Shown here piece by piece: positions 39,701-57,188 of a stretch of DNA of 64,000 bases. This DNA comes from Eledone cirrhosa. Lineage: Eukaryota. The notes under the pieces were generated by a model. It did not search any database, was not told the DNA's origin, and saw only the letters and a list, made by a program, of their open reading frames with translations. Within the stretch, counting starts at the first letter, position 1, and each line of letters begins with the position of its first letter. The stretch spans positions 17,918,001-17,982,000 of the forward strand of contig OZ024757.1 in the NCBI GenBank assembly GCA_964016885.1. The letters are read 5' to 3'. Made by a program: the position numbers and the translations under genes.

Positions 39701-42176
39701 TAAGAACGTCAGATAGAATGTCACAGTCGTAAGTAAGAACATCAGATAGAATATCATAGTCGTAAGTAAGAACATCAGATAGAATGTCGTAGTCGTAAGA
39801 ACGTCAGATAGAATGTCATAGTCGTAAGAACGTCAGATAGAATGTCACAGTCGTAAGTAAGAACATCAGATAGAATATCATAGTCGTAAGTAAGAACATC
39901 AGATAGAATGTCGTAGTCGTAAGAACGTCAGATAGAATGTCATAGTCGTAAGTAAGAACATCAGATAGAATGTCGTAGTCGTAAGAACGTCAGATAGAAT
40001 GTCATAGTCGTAAGAACGTCAGATAGAATGTCACAGTCGTAAGTAAGAACATCAGATAGAATATCATAGTCGTAAGTAAGAACGTCAGATAGAATGTCAT
40101 AGTCGTAAGAACGTCAGATAGAATGCCATAGTCGTAAGAACCTCAGATAGAATGCCATAGTCGTAAGAACCTCAGAGAGAATGCCATAGTCGTAAGAACC
40201 TCAGAGAGAATGCCATAGTCGTAAGAACCTCAGATAGAATGTCATAGTCGTAAGAACCTCAGATAGAATGTCATAGTCGTAAGAACGTCAGAGAGAATGT
40301 CATAGTCGTAAGAACGTCAGATAGAATGTCATAGTCGTAAGAACGTCAGATAGAATGTCACAGTCGTAAGTAAGAACGTAAGATAGAATGTCGTAGTCGT
40401 AAGAACGTCAGATAGAATATCATAGTCGTAAGTAAGAACGTCAGATAGAATGTCATAGTCGTAAGAACGTCAGATAGAATGCCATAGTCGTAAGAACGTC
40501 AGATAGAATGTCATAGTCGTAAGAACGTCAGATAGAATGTCACAGTCGTAAGTAAGAACGTCAGATAGAATATCATAGTCGTAAGTAAGAACGTCAGATA
40601 GAATGTCATAGTCGTAAGAACGTCAGATAGAATATCATAGTCGTAAGAACGTCAGATAGAATGTCATAGTCGTAAGAACGTCAGATAGAATGTCACAGTC
40701 GTAAGTAAGAACATCAGATAGAATATCATAGTCGTAAGTAAGAACATCAGATAGAATGTCGTAGTCGTAAGAACGTCAGATAGAATATCATAGTCGTAAG
40801 TAAGAACGTCAGATAGAATATCATAGTCGTAAGTAAGAACGTCAGATAGAATATCATAGTCGTAAGTAAGAACGTCAGATAGAATATCATAGTCGTAAGA
40901 ACCTCAGAGAGAATGCCATAGTCGTAAGAACGTCAGATAGAATACCATAGTCGTAAGAACCTCAGAGAGAATGTCATAGTCGTAAGAACGTCAGATAGAA
41001 TGCTATAGTCGTAAGAACGTCAGATAGAATGTCACAGTCGTAAGTAAGAACGTAAGATAGAATGTCGTAGTCGTAAGAACGTCAGATAGAATGTCATAGT
41101 CGTAAGTAAGAACGTCAGATAGAATGCCGTAGTCGTAAGAACGTCAGATAGAATATCATAGTCGTAAGTAAGAACGTCAGATAGAATGTCGTAGTCGTAA
41201 GAACGTCAGATAGAATGTCATAGTCGTAAGTAAGAACGTCAGATAGAATGTCATAGTCGTAAGAACGTCAGATAGAATGTCATAGTCGTAAGAACGTCAG
41301 ATAGAATGTCATAGTCGTAAGAACGTCAGATAGAATGTCATAGTCGTAATAACGTCAGATAGAATATTATAGTCGTAAGAACGTCAGATAGAATGTCACA
41401 GTCGTAAGTAAGAACATCAGATAGAATATCATAGTCGTAAGTAAGAACATCAGATAGAATGTCGTAGTCGTAAGAACGTCAGATAGAATGTCATAGTCGT
41501 AAGAACGTCAGATAGAATGTCACAGTCGTAAGTAAGAACATCAGATAGAATATCATAGTCGTAAGTAAGAACATCAGATAGAATGTCGTAGTCGTAAGAA
41601 CGTCAGATAGAATGTCATAGTCGTAAGTAAGAACGTCAGATAGAATGTCACAGTCGTAAGTAAGAACATCAGATAGAATATCATAGTCGTAAGTAAGAAC
41701 ATCAGATAGAATGTCGTAGTCGTAAGAACGTCAGATAGAATGTCATAGTCGTAAGAACGTCAGATAGAATGTCACAGTCGTAAGTAAGAACATCAGATAG
41801 AATATCATAGTCGTAAGTAAGAACATCAGATAGAATGTCGTAGTCGTAAGAACGTCAGATAGAATGTCATAGTCGTAAGAACGTCAGATAGAATGTCACA
41901 GTCGTAAGTAAGAACATCAGATAGAATATCATAGTCGTAAGTAAGAACATCAGATAGAATGTCGTAGTCGTAAGAACGTCAGATAGAATGTCATAGTCGT
42001 AAGTAAGAACATCAGATAGAATGTCGTAGTCGTAAGAACGTCAGATAGAATGTCATAGTCGTAAGAACGTCAGATAGAATGTCACAGTCGTAAGTAAGAA
42101 CATCAGATAGAATATCATAGTCGTAAGTAAGAACGTCAGATAGAATGTCATAGTCGTAAGAACGTCAGATAGAATG
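36771..42176. repeat. 29/33-bp satellite (~5.4 kb) in intron 6
   Basis: Unit GAATGTCATAGTCGTAAGAACGTCAGATA, with a +TAAG variant; runs directly into a SINE body at 42176-42290. Confidence 0.95.
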
Positions 42177-43084
42177 CTTTGTAGTTTTCATTTCTCCTCT
42201 CTGCTCTGTGTTCAAACGCCGCCGAGGTCAACGTTACCTTTCATCATTTCGAGGTCTATAAAAGAGGTACCAGTCATGTATTGGGGGTCACTTTTTCCTC
42301 TATGTCAACTTTCTCATTTCCCCTTTCTCACTTTCTATCCTTCTCTGGAAGAAATCTGTTATGTCCAGACCTGGAGAGGAGATGGGTTTCGCCAGGTTAA
42401 AAAAAATGTCCTAGAAACGATGTATATCAATACGGCGTCCCTACGACTCCACCATGAGTTACGGGGTTACATGAATGCATGCAAAGAGGATTTATATTAA
42501 CATATTTACTTTATGAGAAAGTCCTATACGAGGACATCCTTTCCACATCCTATCTGAGATTTTGCCGTTCTTTCTAGCACGTTTAATCAGTAAGCTAGAC
42601 TAGACACCTGGAAGGCTGGACATTTATTTCACGAGCAGGCAGTTCCGATGATCGAGTGTACATTTGGAAGACTCATCGTCGAAACCGATGGAGATCCTTC
42701 CCCATTCCAATCAGTAAAGCAGGCATTTGGAAGGCTGTAGATCTCATCCTAAAAAGATATTTAGCTTCGAAGAATCAAACGAGGAAATTAGAACGATTGT
42801 TAATATCATAAAATATCATGGAAGATGCAAAAATTAAAAAACGACAGCAACAACAACATCAATAATACACGTGAAAGAGTTCCATACTAAACAACATTGG
42901 TACTATGTCCTGTCAAATTCAAATGGTTTTTCTATCTCCCCAAGGGTCGATAAAATAACGAAGACTTATTGATTCTGTTATATAAGAATATACACCTCTG
43001 CATTCTCACAAAACTCATCACCCTGCCGCGTTTTTACTAATTCTTGTTACATATTACTATCAAAAGTTGCTAGCAAATCTGGCG

Positions 43085-43170
<86 letters not shown>

Positions 43171-43339
43171 GGATTAACAAATAATAGTTAAATGCAGTTC
43201 ACTTAGGTGAAGTCCAGTTATGGTATTCCAGGTAGTGGATGATATTAACGCTTGGCTTGGTTTGACTCAACAAGGCGTTTTCATAGTGATGCTGCGGGTA
43301 TGCTGTAATTCCTATGTTGTAAACACTTGGAGTAATAAT

Positions 43340-43660
43340 AAATCAGGAAAGAAGGTTTACATGGTTTGCTATACAAAAAAGTTTTTAATCACATAGCTTA
43401 CATTTGTTTCACTGAGCTGGTATGTCTAGAGATCGCTATCCGCCTAATTTTGCGTCACTCGATCGCCAATACAGAATTATAACCAGTCAGAATCTTCTCG
43501 CATGCTCCGAAGATCTGACTGGTTATAATTCTGTATTGGCGATCGAGTGACGCAAAATTAGGCGGATAGCGATCTCTAGACATACGAGCTCAGTGAAACA
43601 AATGTAAGCTATGTGATTAAAAACTTTTTGTATAGCAAACCATGTAAACCTTCTTTCCTG

Positions 43661-43664
<4 letters not shown>
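43340..43664. repeat. ~150-bp-arm fold-back element in (TA)n with a partial hammerhead 3' half
   Basis: AAATCAGGAAAGAAGG..CCAGTCAGA / TCTGACTGG..CCTTCTTTCCTGATTT; GAAACAAATGTA in the right arm. Confidence 0.85.
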
Positions 43665-43715
<51 letters not shown>

Positions 43716-43749
43716 TGTATATATATATATATATATATATATATCAACA

Positions 43750-43900
43750 AATCTAGATCGGATCTAGCTGTCGAAACGGCCTGAGCTCAGCCGTCGGGGT
43801 CCTGACTCTTTTCCTATTATCCACTCTAATACCCTAAGTATTGAGTGCTCTGGTGCGTTATGATCCACCTGGTATCTTACCACACCCTTTTTGTTTCTGA
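43750..43900 (-). mobile_element. TAACGAAGG-family element
   Basis: GGATCTAGCTGTCGAAACGG..CCCTAAGTATTGAGTGCTCTGGTGCG. Confidence 0.75.
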
Positions 43901-43974
43901 TATGTTATATATATATATATGTGTATATATATAAGAGATGTCAACATAAATGGACTTGTTATTTTTATCTAAAG

Positions 43975-44535
43975 ACATTTTTTCCAGTTCCTACCCGCCC
44001 GTCCATTCAATCGATCATATTTCTTATTCTTTCCTCTGTATAGTGGCTATGGTGAAAGAGGTTATATGGTGGATGAGATTGAGAGGACTGAGGACAGATG
44101 CCTTTCTCTCCGGACAACAACTCATTCCCTTCTTTAAGTATCACTTTAGAAGGAGAATCAGAGTGGGGAGAGAGGCACTGCACCCCAGTAAATTTACTGA
44201 AAGGTGGGTGAATGAAGCGAAAATGGCCCGAGTGATTGGGCCTTCTCTGTTTATAAACCTGTAGGTTAAAGAAGAGAGCAAAAGGAAGAAGGGAGCACTT
44301 GCACAACACGCTCCTGAAGTTGAGGGTTGTTCTATCGACGGGGTATGAAACAACCCGTTTGTGGCGCCTCCCCCCTATTGGGGATTTCGATTGTTATAAT
44401 TGTTTGTTTCAATATTTTTACACGACTGTATGTAAAATCCCCGGCATGTCTTTGTATTGTCCTCTTTTCTTGTGCGCCCTTGTGGCAAATAAAGAAATCT
44501 ATCTATCTCTTCATCTATCTATCTATCTGTCTATT

Positions 44536-44568
<33 letters not shown>

Positions 44569-44788
44569 AAATCTGTCTGTCTATTTATCTATCCATCTAT
44601 CTATCTATTTATGAATCTATCTATCTATTTACCTATCTATGTATCTATTTATCTGTCTATCTATCTATCTATCTATCTAACTTTTTAAATTGCATTTGTG
44701 ATAACATTTTACACGTTTTTATTGTATGTAAACTTCCCCCTTTGTATTTGTCCCCTTCTTTTGTGCCCCTGTGGCTAATAAAGAAACA

Positions 44789-44829
<41 letters not shown>

Positions 44830-45250
44830 CTCTCCGGCCAACAACTGATTCTTTTTTTCAAATACCACTTTGGAAGAAGAATCAGGATGGAGAGAGAGGT
44901 GCTGTACCCCAGCAAGTTTTATGAAAGGTGGGTGAAAGTGGCGAGAATGGCCCGAGTGAATGGGCCTTCTCTCTATATCAGCCTGTAGATTGAGGAAAAG
45001 GAGGAGGAGAGGAAAGGAGTACAAGCTCTTCGTACTCCTGGAGATGAGGGTTGCACATTTTTTTCGGGGGTATGTGTTACCCATATAAACTGTCTCCCTC
45101 TATTGGGGAAAATCGACTAACTTTTAAATTCCATCTGTGATAACATTTTACACGTTTTTATTGTATGTAAACTTCCCCCTTTGTATTTGTCCCCTTCTTT
45201 TGTGCCCCTGTGGCTAATAAAGAAATATATCTATCTATCTATCTATCAAT
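43975..45250 (+). mobile_element. Two 3'-end fragments of an L1/Tx1-like LINE ending in (TATC)n
   Basis: VAMVKEVIWW.R..GL...FFKYH..RRIRV..E.L....F..RWV at ~44040-44260, repeated in degenerate form at ~44830-44990. Each ends TGTGGC.AATAAAGAAA plus (TATC)n. Confidence 0.6.
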
Positions 45251-45357
45251 ATCTCTCTATCCATCTCTCATTATATTTAACCTAAATATATTACATAGAG
45301 AATCTGTGATTATGTGACTCTGCCAATGAAAACCTGCCAATGTTTTTAATATTTCAG

Positions 45358-45510
45358 GGAGATTCAGGCGGACCCCTTTACTGTCCCTCAGGGAGCGGCT
45401 ACGTTCTGGCTGGAATTGTCTCTTTTGGTATGAAATGTGAGTACGGTCCCGCACTTTACACGAATGTCGGCTACTTCAGAAGCTGGATTGATGTTAACAG
45501 AAGAAACTAA
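45358..45510 (+). CDS. S1A serine protease exon 7 (catalytic Ser, stop)
   Basis: GDSGGPLYC....VLAGIVSFGMKC..GPALYTNVGYFRSWI..; CAG acceptor; AATAAA at 45611. Confidence 0.95.
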   Translation, partial: GDSGGPLYCPSGSGYVLAGIVSFGMKCEYGPALYTNVGYFRSWIDVNRRN

Positions 45511-45864
45511 AGCAACTCATGTGAAATTGCAAGATGGATGAGTTCATTGTGAATGTAGATATCAAGATAGAAGAGTTCATTGTGAAAATAGGGGTGGAAA
45601 AGAAGGAAATAATAAAGTGAAAATATATTTAAAAAAATAAACACCTGCGGCTTTTTCTTTATGGGGTGGGGATAAGTGTGACCGTATGTATGTATATATG
45701 TGTGTATGTATGTATGGCTCAAACGACATGCAAAAGTACATGAACTCCAACCACTGCTGGCTATTCCCAGTGAATATTTTGGTTGCCAACTCTGTGCAAG
45801 ACATTTTAGATCATTGGCTGGGCTAAAAAGCCACATTCGTTCGCAGTACTGTTAATTGTTATCG

Positions 45865-45895
<31 letters not shown>

Positions 45896-45911
45896 TTATT
45901 ATCATTCAAAT

Positions 45912-46112
45912 CGGGGCGGTGAATTGGCAGTATCAGTAGAGGGTCAGACGCCATGCTTTGACGCATAGAGTTACGGCCCTTGCCATTCTGAGTTCAAATC
46001 CCGCCGAGGTTAACTTTACCTTTCATCCTTGCGGGGTCGATAAAATAAAGTACCAGTAAAGCACTGGGTAATTGCTGGCCTTGTGCCAAAAGAAGAAACA
46101 ATTATTATTATT
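45912..46112 (+). mobile_element. Full-length tRNA-SINE
   Basis: Same family as 4271-4465. Confidence 0.9.
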
Positions 46113-46369
46113 ATTTTTCTTCTTTCTTTTTCGCCAAAAGATCGATATTATTATTATTATTATTGAGTCTGAACGGACGTCTTTTGTCTCGCTCCCGTAA
46201 GTTCACTTATTTACCTATCAAAACTGATTTTTTTGAATTTTTGTTGTTGTGTAAGGCATACAAGCCCTTGGACTTTGCCCTGTGAAGGGGAAAGAATAAT
46301 ATTTGGGCCTTTTGGCCCAAATATTTGAACTTTTTTACATTTAAAAAAATTTACGAAGAAAAAAAACAA

Positions 46370-48783
46370 AAACATGGCTGAGCCACGCCCCCCAGCGATA
46401 TGTCTGCTGTCGTGCGACAACGACGTAGAAGCTGAGAGGAGCGCTACGGCGAAATTAACACAAATTGATAACACAAACACCACCACAAACAAGGTAAACA
46501 AAGACACCAATGATACCAATAAGAACTCTAATTTTGAAAAAATATGACAGTAAGAGCGACAACGAAAATACAGATAACAAAAAAAAAATGACAAATGCAA
46601 CAACAATATCAACACCACTAACATGAAAACAAATAGCGACAACACCAACAGCAGCAATACCAACAGCACCGAGAACAACGGTGGCAACAAAGACAACAAT
46701 GATAACAGCGACAGTGCTAACAACAACAACAACCCCCAACGAAAACAAGACCACTTTCGCTGCTTCAACATGGACCTCTCAAACAAAGATGAAAAGTTGG
46801 CCCAGGCATGGAAGCTCATCAAGCAAGAGCAAACCTGGGCTAACTTAACTGTCCCGGTAGAAGCTATTGAGGCAGTGGAGCGCAGAATGGTGCATTATAG
46901 ATGCATCTCAGCACAAACCAAAAGGGCAGCCTTAATTACACAAGAAGATGTCGAAGTCGCGCTGAGGTGCATCAGAGAAGATACCGATTACATAGCGAGG
47001 GGCAGACAGTACGGCACCATTTCGGTGCTGTTCAAGTCAGAACCCCCTCACTATGAAACACGCTATGACTCCTTGCAAAGCCAGCAAGGTCATAATGTAC
47101 CCCTCCCTCATGGGAAAAAGAACGGCCCGTCTCCGCATTCCCAGAATCCCACCAGGACTTGACATGTGGTGGCTTCTGGGATGGAAACCGTCCCGATAGA
47201 AGTGACAAGAACGGCCAGAGAGGACTGGTCCGGGGTTGACCTGGAGATACTTCTCCACATCAGGCCCGAGAATGTGAAGACAATCCCGGACCACATCCGC
47301 CTTTAGAAGGGGACGGTCATTCATATTATGACCGTGGGCAAAAGGCCGCATTATTTTTTTGTGGAGGAAAAACCCATTTGCGAGCCTTCTGCCCTCAACT
47401 GCTGAAAGATGCAAGGGGTCGAAGGGCTCTACTGCTGCCGACGTTGGGGCGAGGACCACAACCAATACCAGAACCGGCAAAACCACCAACAACAACACCA
47501 ATAGAAAGACCACCACCAACTTTGACCACGCAGGGGGGAAACGAGGAAAGCGAGGAAAGCTGTCAAATTCCCCCCCCAAAAAAAATACACACACCAATAA
47601 AACCATAAACACACAGAGACACACTTACAGACACAGACCCCTCATCTACCAGTAGTGAAGATGAGGGAAAACCAAAATCACCCAAAATACAAAAAAGGAA
47701 ACACAAAAAGGAAAAAAAACTCAAAGGACAAAATCACCCACAATAAAAAAATGCAGACACCACCCACGCAAACATCTCTCCAATAACACCAACATCAACA
47801 CCACCATCACCCTCCAAACGCAAACAACCAAAACAGACGCAAGAACAAATACACACACAAACATCTGAAACCACAGACACCGCACTCACAACAAACACAG
47901 ACACAACCGAAACACCACCAGCCAAACCATCACCACCACAGCCACGCAAACAAATAAAATCACACCAACAAAACATACTAAACTTCGTGCTCGTCTGGAG
48001 GGCCAACAAGGAACTGATGGCCTTCGTAGGACGAAGTGAAAATATACAAACAAAAGTGGGGGGATTTTTAAATCGAGCACATTTCGCGTGCCGGAAGATT
48101 TGTTTCTCGTGCGGATGTCGCTCGATTTATACAAAGAGATACGAGACAGCTTTCCTCGGGACGTGGGAATCCCGAACGTAAAACCCACTTCAAGACTTTT
48201 AAAGGGGTTCCCAAAAGAAACCCCACCAACTATGGAGGTCGAACCACCCGACCTTCACAAGAGATCGGAAGGTAAGTAAACCTTTCTTCTCTCTCTTTTA
48301 ACCTGCCAACATGGCTGTATTAAGAGTAGGAAGTTTAAATGTTCGAGGCCTGGGATCGTCCTGGAAGCAGGGTCATCTGCTCAACAACCTCAGGTCTCTA
48401 GAAATGGATGTAATTGCCGCCAGCGAGACCAGGATTTCCGACACGCTCGCACTAGCCCCCATTTTCGACGACTATCAGATCTTTGCATCTGTTAGTCGGC
48501 CGGGAATGGGAGGTGGGGGTGGCAGTGGCAGTTTAGGAAAGGCCTGGATCTCGAGGTAAGGTCGATCTTCCGAGACCCGGACAGGAAGTTGGTGGTCCTG
48601 GACGTGAACAATAACGAAGGTGGTGCCTTTAGACTGGTGGCCGTCTACGCCCCTACTGGGGCAGGGCGGCCGGACTTCTTTAGACGCCTGGAAGCCTTTC
48701 TGGGTACGTCTCGCCCTTTACTGTTAGCGGGGGACTGGAACGGCATCTTAGACGCACGCTGGGACTGTGTGGGAGTAATTTGA
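46370..48783 (+). mobile_element. 5' part of an L1/Tx1-like LINE (broken ORF1 plus APE endonuclease), 3'-truncated
   Basis: 48311: LRVGSLNVRGL..DV...ETR; 48589: FRLVAVYAP...FF..L...LL.GDWN. The upstream A/C-rich ORF1 is in fragments. Confidence 0.85.
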
Positions 48784-49054
48784 GGGAGGGGGAAGTCGAT
48801 TAAATCGGGTTTTGAACTCAGAAGGTAAAGGGGCGCAACTCTGTGTCTACTGAATTGTTTTGTTATTAATCGAAAAGTGGGGTTTACAACAACAGGACAC
48901 GACCAACGGGGGACTCTGGACATATACATATAACTACAACAACTTTGGGGTAAGTCGATTAAATAGGGATCAGTGTATTCCTGGTACTTTATGATATACA
49001 CATAAAGATGAATGGCAAAGCTAACCTCGGCAGGGACGTAACTTTGTGCTGCAA

Positions 49055-49087
<33 letters not shown>

Positions 49088-49919
49088 GTTTGTAGTGGTA
49101 GTAGTAGTAGTAGTGGTGGTGGTAGTGTTTGTAGTGGTGGTGGTAGTGTTTGTAGTAGTAGTAGTGGTGGTAGTGTTTGTAGTAGTTGTAGTGGTGGTGG
49201 TGGTAGTGTTTGTAGTGGTAGTAGTGGTGGTGGTAGTGTTTGTAGTAGTAGTAGTAGTAGTGGTGGTAGTGGTGTTTGTAGTAGTAGTGGTGGTGGTGGT
49301 AGTGTTTGTAGTAGTGGTGGTGGTAGTGTTTGTAGTAGTAGTAGTTGTGGTGGTAGTGTTTGTAGTGGTAGTAGTGGTGGTTGTAGTATTTGTAGTAGTA
49401 GTGGTGGTGGTGGTAGTGTTTGTAGTAGTGGTGGTGGTAGTGTTTGTAGTAGTAGTAGAGGTGGTTGTAGTATTTGTAGTAGTAGTAGTGGTGGTTGTAG
49501 TATTTGTAGTAGTAGTAGTGGTGGTGGTAGTGTTTGTAGTAGTAGTAGAGGTGGTTGTAGTATTTGTAGTAGTAGTAGTTGTGGTGGTAGTGTTTGTAGT
49601 GGTAGTAGTGGTGGTTGTAGTATTTGTAGTAGTAGTGGTGGTGGTGGTAGTGTTTGTAGTAGTGGTGGTGGTAGTGTTTGTAGTAGTAGTAGAGGTGGTT
49701 GTAGTATTTGTAGTAGTAGTAGTGGTGGTGGTAGTGTTTGTAGTGGTAGTAGTGGTGGTTGTGTTATTTGTAGTAGTAGTAGTGGTGGTGGTAGTGTTTG
49801 TAGTGGTAGTAGTAGTGGTTGTAGTATTTGTAGTAGTAGTAGTGGTGGTGGTAGTGTTTGTAGTAGTAGTAGTGGTGGTGGTGGTAGTGTTTGTAGTAGT
49901 AGTGGTGGTGGTAGTGTTT

Positions 49920-49951
<32 letters not shown>

Positions 49952-51020
49952 GTTTGTGGTAGTAGTAGTGGTGGTGGTAGTGGTGGTGGTAGTGTTTGTA
50001 GTGGTGGTGGTAGTGTTTGTAGTAGTAGTGGTGGTGGTAGTGTTTGTAGTAGTAGTGGTGGTGGTGGTGGTAGTGTTTGTAGTAGTAGTAGTAGTGGTGG
50101 TGGTAGTGTTTGTAGTAGTAGTGGTGGTGGTAGTGTTTGTATTAGTAGTAGTAGTGGTGGTAGTGTTTGTAGTAGTAGTAGTGGTGGTGGTAGTGTTTGT
50201 AGTAGTGGTGGTGGTAGTGTTTGTAGTAGTAGTAGTGGTGGTGGTAGTGTTTGTAGTAGTAGTAGTAGTGGTGGTAGAGTTTGTAGTAGTAGTAGTGGTG
50301 GTGGTGGTGGTAGTGTTTGTAGTAGTGGTGGTGGTAGTGTTTGTAGTAGTAGTAGTGGTGTTTGTGTTTGTAGTAGTAGTAGTAGCGGTTGTGGTAGTGT
50401 TTTGGTGGTGGTGTTAGTGTTTTAGTAGTAGTAGTGGTGGTGATAGTGTTTGTAGTAGTAGTAGTAGTAGTGGTGGTAGTGTTTGTAGAAGTAGTAGTAG
50501 TAGTGGTGCTGGTGGTAGTGTTTGTAGTAGTAGTAGAGGTGGTTGTAGTATTTGTAGTAGTAGTAGTGGTGGTGGTAGTGTTTGTAGTGGTAGTAGTGGT
50601 GGTGGTAGTGTTTGTAGTAGTAGTAGTAGTAGTGGTGGTAGTGTTTGTAGTAGTAGTAGTGGTGGTGGTGGTAGTGTTTGTAGTAGTAGTGGTGGTGGTG
50701 GTAGTATTTGTAGTAGTGGTGGTGGTAGTGTTTGTAGTAGTAGTAGTGGTGGTAGTGTTTGTAGTAGTAGTAGTAGTGGTGGTGGTAGTGTTTTAGTAGT
50801 AGTAGTGGTGGTGGTAGTGTTTGTAGTAGCAGTAGTAGTGGAGGTGGTAGTGTTTGTAGCAGTAGTAGTAGTAGTAGTGGTGGTAGTGTTTGTAGTAGTA
50901 GTGGTGGTGGTAGTGTTTGTAGCAGTAGTAGTAGTGGTGCTGGTGGTGGTGGTAGTGTTTTGTAGTAGTAGTAGTGGTGGTGGTAGTGGTAGTGTTTGTA
51001 GTAGTAGTAGTGGTAGCAGA

Positions 51021-51065
<45 letters not shown>

Positions 51066-51203
51066 GTTTGTAGTAGTAGTCGTAGTAGAAGTAGTAGTAG
51101 AAGTAGTAGTATAAGTAGTAGTGGTAGTAGTAATAGTAGTAGTGGTGGTGGTAGTAGTAATAGTAGTGGTGGTGATAATGGTGGTAGTAGTAGTAGTGGC
51201 AGT

Positions 51204-51260
<57 letters not shown>

Positions 51261-51603
51261 GGTAGTAGTAGTAGTGATAGTAGAAGTAGTAGTAGTAGTA
51301 GTGCTAGTAGTAGCAGCAGCAGCAGTAGTAGTAGTGATGGTGGTAGTAGTAGTAGCAGTAGAAGTGGTAGTAGAAGCAGCAGCAGCAGAGCAGCAGTAGT
51401 AGTAGTAGTGATGGTGATAGTAGTAGTAGTAGTAGCAGCAACAGTAGTAGTAGTAGTAGTAGTAGTGATGCCGGGGTAGTAGTAGTAGCAACAGTAGTAG
51501 TAGTGATAGTGGTAGTAGTAGTAGTAGCAGCAGCAGTAGCAGTAGTGGTAGCAGTAGTAGCAGTAGTAGTAGTGGTGGTAGCAGTAGTAGTAGTAGTGGT
51601 GGT
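49055..51603. repeat. (GTA/GTG)n repeat punctuated by GTGTTT
   Basis: Direct inspection. Confidence 0.95.
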
Positions 51604-51867
51604 ACATTTATTATTTCGTAGTTTGAGAAGAAAGCAATGTGGCTGCCGTACGACAATAAGACATGGGATAGTATTTGACATAGTTCCACTAATTAATCTA
51701 GGATTTCTAATAAGGTGGGAATTTCCCCGGAGAATCGTCCAATGACGGATTGGAAATTATTAAGAAAAAAACCAACAAACAAAAACAAAACAATACAACC
51801 AAAAACTAAAGAAAAAAACAAAACAAAATAACGGTAATGTGGTAAAAACATGAAAAGAAATATATAA

Positions 51868-55304
<3,437 letters not shown>

Positions 55305-55451
55305 ATTAAAATACTGGAGCGTGTTGGAGTTAAACACCCTCTTCGTATTATAGAAATGACAGTAAAAGGTATAGCTCAATGTAATTAAACAGAGCCGAAG
55401 AATTATGTAAGTAAAACAAAGAAGCCTTCAATACATCAAAAGTCTTTATTA

Positions 55452-55489
55452 GCCAACAATGTTTCGTCCTATTAAGGACTCATCAGGGC
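55452..55489 (-). ncRNA. Minimal type-I hammerhead ribozyme
   Basis: Minus strand GCC-CTGATGA-GTCCT taat AGGAC-GAAAC ATT GTT-GGC, then TAATAAA. Confidence 0.85.
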
Positions 55490-55551
55490 AATTAAAACAG
55501 CAAGAAGTATTATCGGCCAATACAAGTCGAAAACTCCGAAGAATATGGAGT

Positions 55552-56163
55552 GTACATACACTAAAGTATTGGAAGATTATGGGTAAAAATATATAATAAA
55601 AATCACTAAGGAGGGGGATAACATTTAGAACCATATTACAAACATAGTCCAATGCAAAAAAAAACTAGAGCTAAACAAAGGTGGTTATATAGAGCGGGAA
55701 TTATATATAATACTATATAATATAATATATTATACTTGTAACAATATTAAAATTACAATAAAAATTAAAAGGTACAATATACATATGTATATATGTACGC
55801 ACACGTACGCACATATACACATACATCAATACACATATCCATCTTCAACAGCACAGATTAAACCTTATTAAGAGTTTAAATGATGGATATGTGTATTGAT
55901 GTATGTGTATATGTGCGTACGTGTGCGTACATATGTATATTGTACCTTTTAAATTTTATTGTAATTTTAATATTGTTACAAGTATAATATATTATATTAT
56001 ATAGTATTATATATAATTCCCGCTCTATATAACCACCTTTGTTTAGCTCAAGTTTTTTTGCTTTGGAATATGTTTGTAATATGGTTCAAAATGTTATCCC
56101 CCTCCTTAGTGATTTTTATTATATATTTTTACCCATAATCTTGCAATACTTTAGTGTATGTAC
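55552..56163. repeat. ~290-bp-arm inverted repeat running into the assembly gap
   Basis: GTACATACACTAAAGTATTG..CACATATCCAT is mirrored by ATGGATATGTG..CAATACTTTAGTGTATGTAC. Confidence 0.9.
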
Positions 56164-56363
56164 NNNNNNNNNNNNNNNNNNNNNNNNNNNNNNNNNNNNN
56201 NNNNNNNNNNNNNNNNNNNNNNNNNNNNNNNNNNNNNNNNNNNNNNNNNNNNNNNNNNNNNNNNNNNNNNNNNNNNNNNNNNNNNNNNNNNNNNNNNNNN
56301 NNNNNNNNNNNNNNNNNNNNNNNNNNNNNNNNNNNNNNNNNNNNNNNNNNNNNNNNNNNNNNN
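56164..56363. other. Assembly gap (200 N)
   Basis: Run of N. Confidence 1.
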
Positions 56364-56436
56364 TACGAATACACAGTCACAATATGTGTGTGTTTATATA
56401 TATATATATTATATATATATATACATATATATATAC

Positions 56437-56487
<51 letters not shown>

Positions 56488-56724
56488 CATATATATATAA
56501 TATATATATACATATATATATATACATATATATATACATATATATATATTATACATATATATATATATACATATATACATATATATATATATACATATAT
56601 ACATATATACATATATATATATATACATATATATATATACATATATATATATACATATATATATATACATATATATATATACATATATATATATACATAT
56701 ATATATATATACGTATATATATAA

Positions 56725-56763
<39 letters not shown>

Positions 56764-56856
56764 CGTATATATATAAGTATATATATATATAAATATATAT
56801 ATACGTATATATATAAGTATATATATAAATATATATATAAATATATATATATATAT

Positions 56857-57188
56857 ACGGTCCCGTCTTCCACATCTAGAATAAGGAGCAGGTATTGCAA
56901 TAGCCTGGGATTCAAGGGCCCTCAACTCTTCAACAGGCTGCCGAGGCATCTGCGAGACTTGCATGACGTGGAGGTGGATGTCTTTAAGAAACATCTCGAC
57001 ACCATGTTATCCAGGATCCCGGATGAGCCCACAGCAAGACACGAAGGAACCTAAGGGCAGCAGCAACAAACTCCCTCCTACACCAGTGGCCAACCTATAC
57101 AGGCTGGAGATAAAATGTGTAGCAACAAGGGCGGTGCCCAGCATGGCCTCAGCCGGATGGCTGAAACAGGTAAAGAGTAAAAGAGTAT
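56857..57188 (+). mobile_element. 3' end of a CR1-like LINE
   Basis: [40 protein letters not shown]; tail GGTGCCCAGCATGGCC..GCTGAAAC..(AAGAGTA)2. Confidence 0.75.

Noticed and set aside
49008-51745. 459-aa Ser/Gly/Cys ORF resembling loricrin or keratin-associated proteins
   Set aside because: It is a GTA/GTG simple repeat open in several frames, with no real start context, signal peptide or splice support.
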